Origin: Phoronis australis
Taxonomy: Eukaryota; Animalia; Phoronida
DNA length: 64,000 nt
Direction of reading: 5' to 3'
NCBI GenBank assembly: GCA_002633005.1
Contig: NMRA01000024.1
Coordinates: forward strand, 248,001 to 312,000
How positions within the stretch are numbered: the stretch's first letter is position 1; every line of letters starts with the position of its first letter. This document shows positions 11,728 through 24,600 of this stretch, in pieces. Under the pieces are notes generated by a model. That model worked only from the letters and a program-made list of their open reading frames with translations, searched no databases and was not told the origin of the DNA. The position numbers and the translations under genes were made by a program.

Positions 11728-13159
11728 TGAGCATTAAGAATGTGGCTGTAAGCAGTGTGTCCTAAACTTTATATTTGAAGAAATGCAGGCCCGTAGCCAT
11801 GGGGGTTCGCGGGGGTCTGATCCAACGAGCAAAAATTCCAGGACCAGCCTCAGTCTCTCCGTTAAAGACAGGATATAGGTGTATAACAGCAACAAAATCG
11901 TTGCGGCTACTGGTACCATTGCTAACTACAATTATAACTAAGTTTGTAATCATTCTGAATTTGCTTCCCGTTCAGCGCGCTTCATGCAATCATCGTGTCG
12001 TATCCGGCGAATTTCGCCTGCGTGCTGCTTCGTACATGTAGCTGACAGGATTGTCCAGACGATTAGAAGATGTTTTAGGTTATTCATCAGCATTGAACGC
12101 GCGTGGTGGCTACACCATAGGGTAACACCGGAGTCAAAAGTATTGTTGTGACCCTTCAAACTGTTGTCCTAACAAATCAAAAAGGCAACTACATTTCTAA
12201 AATATTTGCAACACTTATGACCTGCATAACAATTCACCTGACCCAAGCTCATTCTTTTCCTCGAGCAATTCTTTGGGAAATTTTCTCTGACACACCAAAG
12301 TCAAACTACAACTGAGGGTGGGTACATGTTTTTCTTGGTCTCCATCTGATTCCAAACTGAGCTCGATGTTTTCCACAAACAGTCAATTCTGAGAGCAAAC
12401 CCACTCTGGCAAAATTCAGCTGCCTCTCCGTCTACAGTGAACGGGACGAGGCCTGATTTAACATGTTTCAGAAGATCTCTTATCGACTTATTAGATATAG
12501 CTAATGTTTCGACTGCTTGCTAGCTTGGGTATTCCATTTAAGTCCCACTAACCATATTAACATAAAGACTTTGGTGACATCAGTGGTAACTGTAGGACTT
12601 CTTAAGAAAAAGGTAACTCACAGGAAAACCAAATATTTTAATTTTATTACATTCTATGTGCTTAGAAATGGACCAAATTTTTGAAAAATAATTTTGAGCA
12701 CTTTAGATATCAAGACTGAGGATTTTCACTGATAAGTTGTGCCAGCTGCAAGTGCTTCCTTTGTCTGAGGTGGCTGTAAACATTGGCTCATTGCTGTGCG
12801 TAGACATAAGTTCGTGGGTAGTTTTGGGGACATATGGCGATCATAAAACTATCCATTCTACTAAGACAGGTCAAACTTACAACTCACTTTCAGAGTCTAA
12901 AATTAGTCCTCAGCTGAGATTTGCACGCTCAAATTGGATAAGTTTTCTTTGTTTTTGCTTCTTTGACCCCGTTATTCTCAGAAAGTTCAGGCAATATTTC
13001 CAATTTCCATTTATTATATTATTGAGACCATGGATGAGTTAATCCAAAACACAAACTATTTCACTGTCCAGCAGCTTCTATAATTATTACAATACCACAA
13101 AAAATGGGATTTCATGGTAAAACTTGACACTGATTTTGAGTGATTAAATGGTGTCATAT

Positions 13160-13385
13160 GCATTTGGCGATTTGGGCAAAAAGGTCCGCCTCAGTGAAAC
13201 AAAAAGTCCGAGTCTGAAACGAGACAAAAATCCACAAAACCCCACGAGAACTCGCCGCGGATGCACGATTCGTGGGCCTGAACCTAGTGGCCCCGTTTTT
13301 ATAGTAATCGTTAATTTCTTTCTCCAAAAAGTTCGCACACCGAAAAATTTGAGCCCCCCTATACTTTAGGCTGGGTGCGCGCATG
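13160..13385 (+). mobile_element. 5'-truncated copy of the CATG/5-bp-TSD MITE family
   Basis: GGGCAAAAAGGTCCGCCTCAGTGAAACAAAAAGTCCGAG...TTTAGGCTGGGTGCGCGCATG matches the 7158 copy. Confidence 0.75.
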
Positions 13386-14451
13386 ATATACACTACTAGA
13401 CTTTCTGGTGGTCGTTTGCTCACTATAGAATATTCTTTTATCTGATTGGCGTGTTCGTGCGAAATTCCCATGCTGGGTTTTCTGAAATGATTATCAAGGG
13501 AACGTGTATTAATACAATTCTAATGCAGCATCTAATATCAGACCACCAATAACTGTCATGAGCTAATTGCGATTAGGAAATTAACTACAACACAGAAAGC
13601 CGTTCCTACTTGTTTTGAAACTGATCGATGACCACCTGGCTCCCGCCCGTAAGTTTAACTCAAAAATGCCGAAGTTTGGCAAAAAGGTTGGGGGAAATTT
13701 TTACAATGACGTATTTGGTTTGTGTCTTATAACAGCGATGAAATCTCAACGAAATGTGTTGAAACGGTTCTCGGCCTTGAGATTTTGTGAGGGCCAAAAT
13801 TTATGCTAATTACAATGAAATTCTTTTAAGATTTTCGGATTTCATGGCAACTCAATGTATGTGCAGTTCTAATCAATTGTTTACAACAGGTCCTATAGCC
13901 ATTTCCCGATATAGCGGCAATATGGTGAAATGTACCTTGTCGCTAGATGGCGATAGCGTATTGTTAGTGGACTGTGTTTGGCATTCTTGTTTGGATTTGA
14001 CGACCCCAGCGAACACCATACCCTCAAATGTGTTGTACAGCGGGATACTCAAACGAGTCACACAAAAATGTACAATGTCTCAACATATATATTAAATAAA
14101 AGAACTTCGTCAACCCAACCCGTCCATAATTAGTAATTATGTCAAGCTATCGTGTTCTCGCAACATTAAAACGTTTTATCCAAAATGTTTCCTGCTATTC
14201 TAGAAGCTTAACTAACCACTGAAATACACCAGGGTGTTAACATGCCTCTGCGCTAACAGGCGTAAAATACAAAAAAAATCTTCTCCTGGCATAGATCAAT
14301 GAAAGCCTGGCGATGATTTTTCAATAAGAAACAATTTCTTAATTAACTCAGTGAGTTTTCGAAATTACGTCAAATCCTCTAATTGCCAATCTCTGGCAAC
14401 AAATTTCAAATAAATCTCAATGATTGAAAGAATCGGCAATTGTTTTAAGTC

Positions 14452-14620
14452 TCTTCCCCCCCTCACTCTCTCGCTCCCGCTTTCCCTCTGCCTAATACTA
14501 CTTCCCTTCCTTAAACCCTCCCTTGACCCCTCGGCCCTCCCGCTCCTTGTTCCTATCTCCTCCCCCTGTCTCCCTCTCTCGCTGTACTTCACCACTCTCT
14601 CCTTCACCCCTCCTCTCTTC
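14452..14620. repeat. Polypyrimidine (C/T-rich) low-complexity tract
   Basis: ~170 bp dominated by C and T; a shorter tract is at 9475-9535. Confidence 0.8.
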
Positions 14621-17600
14621 AAAAACGGAGAGCGACTCCATTAATCTTTGTCACAGAGGGAATTCTGACGAGCTATAACTTTGCAGTCTCTAAAAATTTC
14701 AAAATCTGAATCAATGTGCTGCGGTTAACAAGTTTTTTTCACACTTTTTCGAAGAATGCATAATAAGGGCACGTTTTTAAGTGAGCGTAGACAATCCATA
14801 CTACACGTTTCAGAAAGCTGGAGGCCTCTTAAAATATGTCCTGGCCAAGGGTACCTAAAGGGTAAATTAGGCACTGGTAATTGACCATTTATCTCTATTT
14901 TTTCTCTCTTCTACGTTTAGCTGTCCTTCTTTTCTCTACTGTCCTTGTTCCCCATCATACACGTGTGCTGGTCGTCACGAAAGTTTAACACGCACACCTG
15001 CAAATTAATAAAGGGGGGCGCACCTTTCTGCCGCCCCTGCTGCTTTTCACGTTCCTGTTTAGTGGGAAGGGGGCACGGTCCCCAACTTTACATGTCCACG
15101 ATTTGCAAAATGAGTGAAAATTTTTAATTTGTTTCGTGTTGCAGTATTTTTTGCATGGATTATAACAATTGCAAAGGTCAGAAATACCATTTTGGTCGTT
15201 AGACTTTCGAATTTGAAACATTGTGTGACCATGTGGATTGGTAGACTCGTACCGTTAAAGGCAATTTGTGAATATAAGTATTATGGATGGCAATGGGGAA
15301 CTTGGGTTTGATGTTGTTGAATCTATTTAGAGTGATGCACCAACAGTTCAAGACACAGTTACGCGAACATTGTTTTTGGCTTGCGAGCGGCGCAGAATAT
15401 CAGACTGCGAAATTATTTGACGTTTTAAAGTCAACAATGCGTATTTGTATACTTATGATCATAGAATTTCGAGACACAGGCCCTTGGGGTGTAGGTGTAC
15501 TCAGCCGGGCTGCGACATGGCCGACGTGGGCTGCACAACGATGGCGAAGAGTGAGTGTATGCGGAAAAAGGCATAGAGACGAAGCACATAGGTCTGGATT
15601 AAACCTTAGAACGCTCTCTCTGGAATACCAACTAGCGAACTCGCGGCCGCGCCGCTCTGGCGTGAGAGTTGTTTTCATTCGTTTGTTCCGGTGTATGTAC
15701 ATACTAAGAATTTTACTGCCATTAAACTTCTCGTAACTCCGCCGTTTTTCAACAGAATTGCATAAGAGCCATATCATTAAAAAGCAATTTGTCAGTTCTT
15801 CATAATACCAAGAGCACGAAATTAATAATTTATTTCGTAAGTAATAACTGAATGGTTTAAAAATATTTTTTAATTCTAAAAACCAAGAGTGTTACCAAAA
15901 TGCGAAAAACAACAGCCTGTAGTAGTAACATAAAAGGAAATGAACTAGGGACTTTATATAAATGACCAGTTAAGCCATTAGGGAAATAATGTCAGTGATT
16001 CAAAAGATTTTTACCTTTTAAAGATAAATTTTTAGAATACGGATCCCTCGCACTTGATGTGGATAATTTAGTCAAGAATTCATCCAAAATTATAATATTT
16101 ATATATTATAATTAATTGGACCTTTGGCGCCGTTTGATACAATTACATTCTTCAGTAAAAACTCAGAATGCAGTCGGAAAATGAGATAAACTATTTGAAA
16201 TTTGCAGATAAAGGTTTTGTGATATATGAAAATGGACAAACATCTATCACGTAGCTATAAAATGTATTGTGAATAGCTCATCACATTGGTTGCAGTGGAG
16301 GACTTTCCATAAAAGTTTAGAATTAAACTCTTTTCTTCAGAAAGTAAAAGTTAGAGATCCGGTTGTTACCGAAAACTGGAAACATTGGAACATTTTTACG
16401 ATTCTTACGTTACTAAAGAAAGTGGAATCAGGAAAATAACGATATTCATAAAGAGAAACACTTGTTGCATAATTGTCATGGTCAACATTCAAGAACCAAA
16501 AAACTGAACAACTGGATTGAAAAGAGGGATTTCAGGAAAAAAGTGGAATACGTGGGTCTAGGCCAAAACGTAAGGGTGAAATGTTCGCTGCAACTAGGAA
16601 AAGACGTACCGACAGGCGTTTTTTTCGAACGTGAGATTTAACATCCAAAAATGCCCAACAGCGTTTTTTACGGTTGAATGGGAAATTGTGGGTGCCGCAA
16701 AAACCCACGAAACGTCCCGTTTTTTCTTTTTAGTTGAGCGGTAAAATATGGCTATGTCGCGAGATAAATTACAATAGTATATGGCTATATATCAATTTGG
16801 CCTTGCGTCAAAAAGCGGGACATTTAGAAGGTGGGGTGGGATGGCAGAACAAAATCAAAAAAGTGGGAAAGTCCGCCAAGAGCAGTGGTAAATACACTGT
16901 ACGCTGTCAGCAACGCGAAATACTGAACTGGATTCTTTTACAAGGTAAACTTTTCAATTTTTGAATTTTATTTCACGGCTGTCGTTAAATACTACAGATA
17001 ACAGCAGTCGGGTCTACTTCTCAGAAATGGAATTAACAAAAAACGGCATCTGGGCAACAGGTAAACATTTTACAAATAAAACATTATTATTATTTAAAAC
17101 AGTAATAATATACGCACACACACACGTACACACACAAACTTAGAAATTTTTCGGAAGTTATGTAAACACAACTGTTTATGCCAAATGTAACATCTTCCCG
17201 TAAACATGATTTTAACACCCAAAAGTGTCTTGTTGAAAAACTGCATGTACTATGATAGGTTGTCGAAAGAGGTTCTACCACTGAAGTTGCAAAAGATGTC
17301 AGAGGCCAAACTACTCCTGCCATCCAGCCAAGGCCACAGGTCGGTGCTTACATATTTTGCCAGACTCGGGACCGCAGCCTATCGGACCGGTGCGGATCGA
17401 GACCAGACACTGGCGATCGGTAAATGCATGCGGTTGCAAGCTGTTTTGTCGAAGTAAAATGGTCAAATGATAAATGCTGCATATATTCAAGGGTAGTTTC
17501 AGACACTTGCATGAAATTACGGGCTGGTTAGTCCTGTGTCACACTGCCGCGGCAGACCTTAGTTAGCCTCAGTCATCAGCTACCAGTGAAGACTTTCGTC

Positions 17601-20366
17601 AAAATACAGCTTGTTAGTAGGCCTATACAGCTTTGCGCCAAGGCTACCCTTAGGCCTAACTGGTCGCTGGCCACGGCGCTCGCTCAAACGAGGTTTATTT
17701 AGAACTTGGGTACTTCTGGCGAACTGTGCAAAGTTGTTGGCTTTCAGAGAGATTTTCCCAGACTTTGTATGAACGCACCAAGCTTAAAAGAATGGGGGGG
17801 GGGAATGTCTATCTTATACTATCTTTAAGTATGACAAGTCCAATACAACATGTTATCAATTTTTATTCATTAACTTAAAATAATAGGTAACTTAAAATGC
17901 ACAATACTTTACAACATTTAGCATTACAAACACTATTCAACAGGAACAGTGTCCATGATATGAAAGTGGACATACATGTAACTGTTACCATGGTGACGGA
18001 ATAGTGTTTCCTTACACCAGAATTTGACAAGCATCATTTAAAAAATTATGAAGTTGCAAGGAGCAAGAATTAAGGGCTTGAAGGTTTAAAATCCAACATA
18101 GCTTATTTCTCAAATTAAGATTATTCATATGGTTGACTTGATAACCTGAAATAATTCGAATTTATCTTATATTTTTGCACACAAAAACACGAAAATTGAA
18201 CAAAGATTCTTTTTTGTAGCAACGTTTGTCAAAATGTGTCAACGTTAAATCTTCACAAATTACAAAGTAGCCGATTGAACATGCCTTTCAGTTCAGCAAA
18301 AGTCGCCATGTTGTCGGTGCCGCCAGAAATGAGACGAAGTCCAACGGGAATTGTGAGCACATTTATCACTTAATGAGTAACATCTGCGAGGCTGAAATTT
18401 GGTGAACACTGTTAAATCGTGAAGAATAGTAAGTAAAGATATGTCTAACTAAATTCCACCGTAAACCGAAAACTATTTACACAAAGTTATAAACTCGTAA
18501 CTGATCCCGCTGTCCTCCTATTTGGCCGACGCGATCCAAACAAAGTGACCCAAATTTTGCCACAAAACTTGAAATAACTTTACAGTGCTTGCCCCGATTT
18601 TGATACTACTTCGATTTTTACTGAGAAGAATGTACTACCTTTCCGATGATAGCAAAGTACTTTTTCAAAACGAGGAAAAAAAATAAAACCGAAAAAATTG
18701 GTTCGACCCATATTGGTTCCTAGGTTCGACCGGCCTACGTAAGGAACTAAACACCAATGCTATTTTAACATACTAAGTACGCGTAACATTCCAAAAAAAA
18801 TCAACGACCACTAACTTCAAACTATAAATACAATACATATGCAAACGAATCACGATATATTACTAATAAAACAAAACAATGAAGACCTTTCGAGCAAGCC
18901 ATAGCACATTCAGTTACAAGGAAAAAATGGCGGCGTTCATGACAAGTTCCTGAACTGATGAGCCGGAAATGTGGGTACGGAAATAACCGATGACAACCGG
19001 TAATCATACGCTCATAGAGAAGGGTCAAATACTGTTAAAAAATCGCTTTTGGCAAGAAAGGCTAAAAGAATATAAAGAAAGGGTGTCGAAAATAAGAATT
19101 TATGAAGTAAGTATTTTCGGATACTGGAACCACATGGGCAGTTTGAGAGAAGGACTTTAATAACGCGCTGTAGGCTACTGCCGTGCGATGTGTTGAACAT
19201 CACCAGACACGTCGAACTTTTTCGTGACTTGCTGGACTGCCGGGTAAGTTTGCATTCCTCTCTTGTCTTCCACGAATAGCCTAACATACACATGTGCTTT
19301 GACTGATTTTAGGCGTAAACACATTAAAAAGCTGTTTATATTTCTAGAATTCGACTAGCGCTTGACAAATTAAAACATTGAATTCCTATAGCGGAGTCTC
19401 AAATGTTAGGAAGGATTTCGGCCATATTGAGCCTACACTCGCTTTCCTAAATGGCCCCTTCCCTTTCAAAGCCGCAATTTGTAGTGGCTACTACACTGAT
19501 TCAGATTTTTTTATAACTATTTTAGGCATTATGTGCGAACTCTAAAATTGCATGCATTTATGCCAACTGAACTCGCCTCGATATATATGGAAACATCCGA
19601 AGGCTACGCTGTGGTTCGACAGTTAGGAGTCGAGAGTAATTTTTTGCGAACTTTGAAGAAAAATGAAAAGACAATCACATAGGAAAATCCAACTGTTTTC
19701 GATAAAAAATCGTGGAGCAACTGTGGAGATGGAATTCTTGTAACTCTTGTGCGCAACTTTTGCATTTCAACCATTCTTCATTGTCGCCGATTATAGTTTC
19801 TTTAAATGACAAGTGAAGGTTAAGCAGATAAGAAAGAAAACAATGTCGGATACATGCAGATCAGGCGGTTATTCTTGGCGTAGCATTATACAAATAAACC
19901 TAGGTACATATGGTAACATAGCCCAAGAGTTGTGGCTTGTAAATTTGCGAAATAGTAGCCTCTAAGTTTCATTTTCATACCGGAGTTCTATTGATTGACT
20001 CTTGCAATGTATTCCAATGCCAATAGGGCATTACAATACCTTATTTGTACAAACCATTTGTACATATTATGTGTCCACAATTACTCCAGAGTGGCAGTAT
20101 CGCATTAAATCTAGCAAAATTATCAGAAAACGAGAATTCTACTTTATGATTGATCATTATTTAAATTGTGATTGCGAAATAGGATTGATATGATGATTTT
20201 ACAAAATGGCAATTATTCGAAAAAAATGCACTCCCAAGTTTGATTGGTTTTCTCTATTGTTAATCTGTATCAACTGGCTGCCTCCTGCTCACTGCCTGTA
20301 CGGTGGCGTAATGTTGCAAAATGCAAAACGAAAGGATATCACGTTGTTGATTTTGTTTCGTAGAAA

Positions 20367-20527
20367 TTCGTCACCAGATAATTTAACAGATCAGCTGTAT
20401 AATGCAAGACCGTCAATATTCGTCACCAGATAATTTAACAGATCAGCTGTATAATGCAAGACCGTCAATATTCGTCACCAGATAATTTAACAGTTCAGCT
20501 GTATAATGGAAGACCGTCAATATTCGT
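20367..20527. repeat. 52-bp minisatellite, three near-identical copies
   Basis: TTCGTCACCAGATAATTTAACAGATCAGCTGTATAATGCAAGACCGTCAATA at 20367, 20419 and 20471 (two substitutions in copy 3). Confidence 0.95.
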
Positions 20528-21608
20528 TAACTTGTTTCAAGATAAAAAGGGCCTGAAGCAGTTGAAATAGACGAACTTATTAAGAACGAACAAATTCCAA
20601 AAGCTTTTCAGATTTTTTTTAAAAACAGTACAGGTAAAATAGCATTTCAATTTATTTGTAAGTATCACCCGAAAGGTGGTTTGATTATGTCTTGCTGTTG
20701 AATCAAAGTTGAATCTGAGTGTTGATGTACATTCAACCACCGAGAGATTCTTAGATGCTCTCGAAAATTCATGTAATGAATGTGACAAAAATGCTCTTCA
20801 CGAACAGAAAATGTTTTATAGTTTGGAAATCTAACTTTAAAAAAACGAGAAGCAGCCGGCGGGCTTCTTTTCGAAATGTTTAAGAATTCCAGGGATTTTA
20901 TTTGTCCAATTCTAGAATTAGTTTGACACAGAAATCCCATCTCGGTTAATTGCCCACAAAGATGGCGTGACGCAATGTTGAATCTCATATTCAAGCCGGG
21001 TTATTTTGATATCTTAAAAGATGATGGAAACAGCTGGAGATAAAAAATAGCCTGCAAGTTCCACTAATGCCGTCCGCCTAGGGAAAACTATTCAAGACCA
21101 TACACAGCTAAATGGCTAGCTTAACAACTTGGCCACACTCCATCTATCGCAGTCTGTGGCTAACAATATCCAAACGCGCGGTAGGGCTTATTTCCAGTTG
21201 AATATTAGTGCGAGGTACGGGTCTGGATGAAATATGATTTCGACGAAGCATCACATTGAGTCCTTTTCAAGTAAATCAATGGTAAAATTGAATTCTCATC
21301 ATTATTTCACGCCGGTCGTAGCATAATTCCACACACGGTAATAAAGCTGTCGTCGGTACACGATATACGGTACTTTCCATTAGGTCGTCGTGTGTATAAA
21401 CGCGCCTTGCGTCATGAACAAATCTTTTTTTTTAAGACAACTTACACTTAGTCTCAGCTTGGGCCTTACTTTCACTGTATACAGTATATGTAAGTAAGCA
21501 GTTATGTTTACCCAGGATGCTATTCTACATCCTAGCTCTTACAGAGAATTTGGTACTGTATAATTCAGGCGCTTTTGAGTTGTATGTGATTGTCTTTCCA
21601 AGCCATGT

Positions 21609-24600
21609 TAGACTGGGATCCCAGAGCTTTATGGGCATGAAAAGGTAACCAATTTCCTTTGGTGCCATATTGCTCTATGGGTATCCTGATGTTTGGAAAT
21701 GGCCTATGACAGGCTCGCTCTGGTGGGTGTGGTCAGGGGAGCCAAGGGAATGGCACTAAAAATTGAGCTAGATCAACTTTTCTGGTAACCACTTAAAACT
21801 GGCTTCCGATACCTAATACGTAATCCACTGTATCAAAATTGGTCACTGCCAGACAATTTCAGTGGTGGGGAGTATCAGCCAGGTGGTTATGAACAAGGTA
21901 AAAAATTGAGCTAGATCAATCCAAGAGGTAACTACTGATGAAACCAGTTGCAAAGTATTCACCGTGAGCATAGGTATCACGAATGAACACTGCCAGACAA
22001 ATCTAGGGTGAGTTAGCCCCGCCAGACACGCCCAAATACCCGAGTTGAGCTAGATCAACACACCAGGTAACCATTTGAAACCAATTGCACGATGTTCAGC
22101 ATCACTGAACATGGCACAACAGTTAGATGCCAGACAATTTCAGTGGTGGGGTGTCCTTGTCAGACGATTATCAAAAAGAGTTAAAAACTGAGCTAGATCA
22201 ACACAATAGATAACCGCTTAAAACCAGTTCCAAATATTCACCGTAAGTCCAAGTATCACGAATAAACACTGCCATACAAATCTAATGGTGGGTTAGCCCT
22301 CCAGACACGCCCAAACATCTGGGTTGAGCTAGATCAACCCACTAGGTAACCGTTTGAAACAAATTGTACGATGTTCAGTATCACTGTACACAGCATAACA
22401 GTAAGATGCTTGACAAATTCAGCGGTGTGGTGCCCCTGCCAGACGACTAAAGAAAGGGATAAAATTTGAAGTAAATCAACCCAAGAGGTAACTGCATGAA
22501 ACAAGTTGGAAAATATTCTACGTATGCCCATGTATTATGAATAAACACTGCGAGACAAGTCCAGAGGTGGGTTAGCCCAGGCCCACACGACCAAATATCT
22601 GAGTTGGGCCAGATTTATCCGCCAGGTAACCGTTTGAAACAGTTTTCATAATGTCGAGCAACGTTCTGCATGCATCAAAAGGTACTTTACAGACATTTTC
22701 AACCGTGGGGCAGTAGCTTGCAGAGATTTGGTCGATGCAGAGGCGACTTTTTATTGGACGCCTTTCTCAACTCAAATGCACATATTCTATTCAGGCCCCG
22801 CGAATTTCAAGAACGGTGGACCTTTGATATTTTGCAAACGTCGACTCTGTTGAGTTTTCGCTAAGGCCTTTGACGCAGCTCAATTAGGGGGAAGGGAAAT
22901 CTGTATGCACAACGATGACTCTCAGCCCTATGTTCATGAGATGAGACGGAATTTGTAATACCAGAAAGAGGATGCTGTGACGGTTGCTCTCAAAGAACGG
23001 GACACAAATTCGGATGTAATGTGGTCCAGCAATAGAACGTTCTCGCATTATCTGCTGCCAAAGTTTCAAATCAGCCATGCTTAAATGAGTGATTACACCT
23101 CATTGCATACTCAGACGGAAATATGAAGTTTAGTCTGCGAATGATTTCACAAAATTGTTTATCTGGTTGTATTTTAGCGTGTTACTTAAGTTGCTTACAT
23201 CGCTGATGGGAACAGCCCACTTTTTCGAAGGTTCACTACTCGCCGGATGGTTCACTATTACGAAGGTTCACTACTTTCGAAGATTCACTACTCCGAAGAT
23301 TCATTGCTCCAAAAATATTCAAACTTTCAAACTCAGATGTGGTTTTAACCTTCTACATGCAAAAACAAAAACGATTTGTTTTGGTTATTAGATGCACCAA
23401 TACCGAAAGCAACGCCAGAGCACTAAAGCGCTTTGTTTGGATTTCATGTAGACAGTGACCACCGTCTTCAGCTGACAAGCACAACTTAGATTTCAATGTG
23501 CACGATCGAGAAATTGCCCGCATGTCTTAAAATGAGTAGCGCACTTGCATTTTAAAATGATCTGAAGTGGAATACTGATGAATTATCAACCGTGACACAT
23601 TCATGAAAGCCCCATGTCAAGATAACATTGCAGTGCGACGCACACGGCCGGGTCGAAACTAAATGGAGTTAGTAGCCAGTTCACACAAAGTCATTGGGAA
23701 TCCCATTCAGTCTTCTTAAACTTGAAACCGCCGTTGATCGCCGTAGCCTTGACGCGTGCCCCAGATGTTGCATCTGCTTGAGAATGAGTCTTGATCACAC
23801 AATCAAGAGTAGGGAACAGTCGGAGTTTTGGAATAGTGGAAATTCAAAGTAGTGAATTTTAGAAGGTAATGAACCTTCGGAGTTGTGGACATTCGGTGTA
23901 CTGGACCTTTGGAGTATTGGAACCTTCGTCATAGTGACATGGCACATTGAAAATCTTTTCGATCAAGTTTGTAGCTCGCATCAGTGTTCGGAAGTCTGCA
24001 GGGTTGTGCACCATTGACATTGATTGACTAGAGAAGATTTTCATTGATCATCATAACGTGAAAACGCTCGACGGGTATCCTCAGTGAATGAAAACACGGT
24101 AGTTGAATGTCTGGATTTTGAGCACGACAGAGGACTGCCTGTAATGAACTCACTGGATTTAAAAGAACAGAAACATGTGCACGCATGGACGTCAATCCAC
24201 CAATCCACAATCAAAGTGGACACTGGATGAACAACGTACTTCCATATTTGACGAGAACTTTCAATTAAAAATTTGAAAACGCCTACATTTCTTCCGTACT
24301 ATGCTTGCAAATTAAACCAAAATAGCAGAATAACAAAATTAATCCGTTTTCTGCTGTTTGGTTTCTTGGCCGAGTTTAAGGCATTCACGCCGAACTAATT
24401 TTTCGGGAGCTGTCTCGCTGCTATACACATGTAACTTACTTATGTCGTAGGGCTAAACTTGTATGCTTAGGTAGAGACATTCATTTCTAGACTCCCTTGT
24501 TGCCCTGTTTGTTGTAGGCACCACGAGGGTAGTTTATGAATAACTGAAACATCCTCGTATTGTATGCAAGATCCTGTCATCTACACAAACAGCTGCACTC

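Noticed and set aside
14365-14644. Leu/Pro-rich and Arg/Gly-rich ORFs
   Set aside because: By-products of the C/T low-complexity tract.
15287-15777. Overlapping 149-aa (+) and 125-aa (-) ORFs
   Set aside because: No recognisable motif or convincing splice context; probably chance ORFs in a GC-richer patch.
20367-20527. CRISPR-like repeat
   Set aside because: The units are contiguous with no unique spacers, there are no cas genes, and the context is eukaryotic.
21760-22640. Regularly spaced GAGCTAGATCAA motifs as a CRISPR-like array
   Set aside because: The intervening ~125-bp segments are homologous to each other (alternating types), and the array is mirrored as a TIR.
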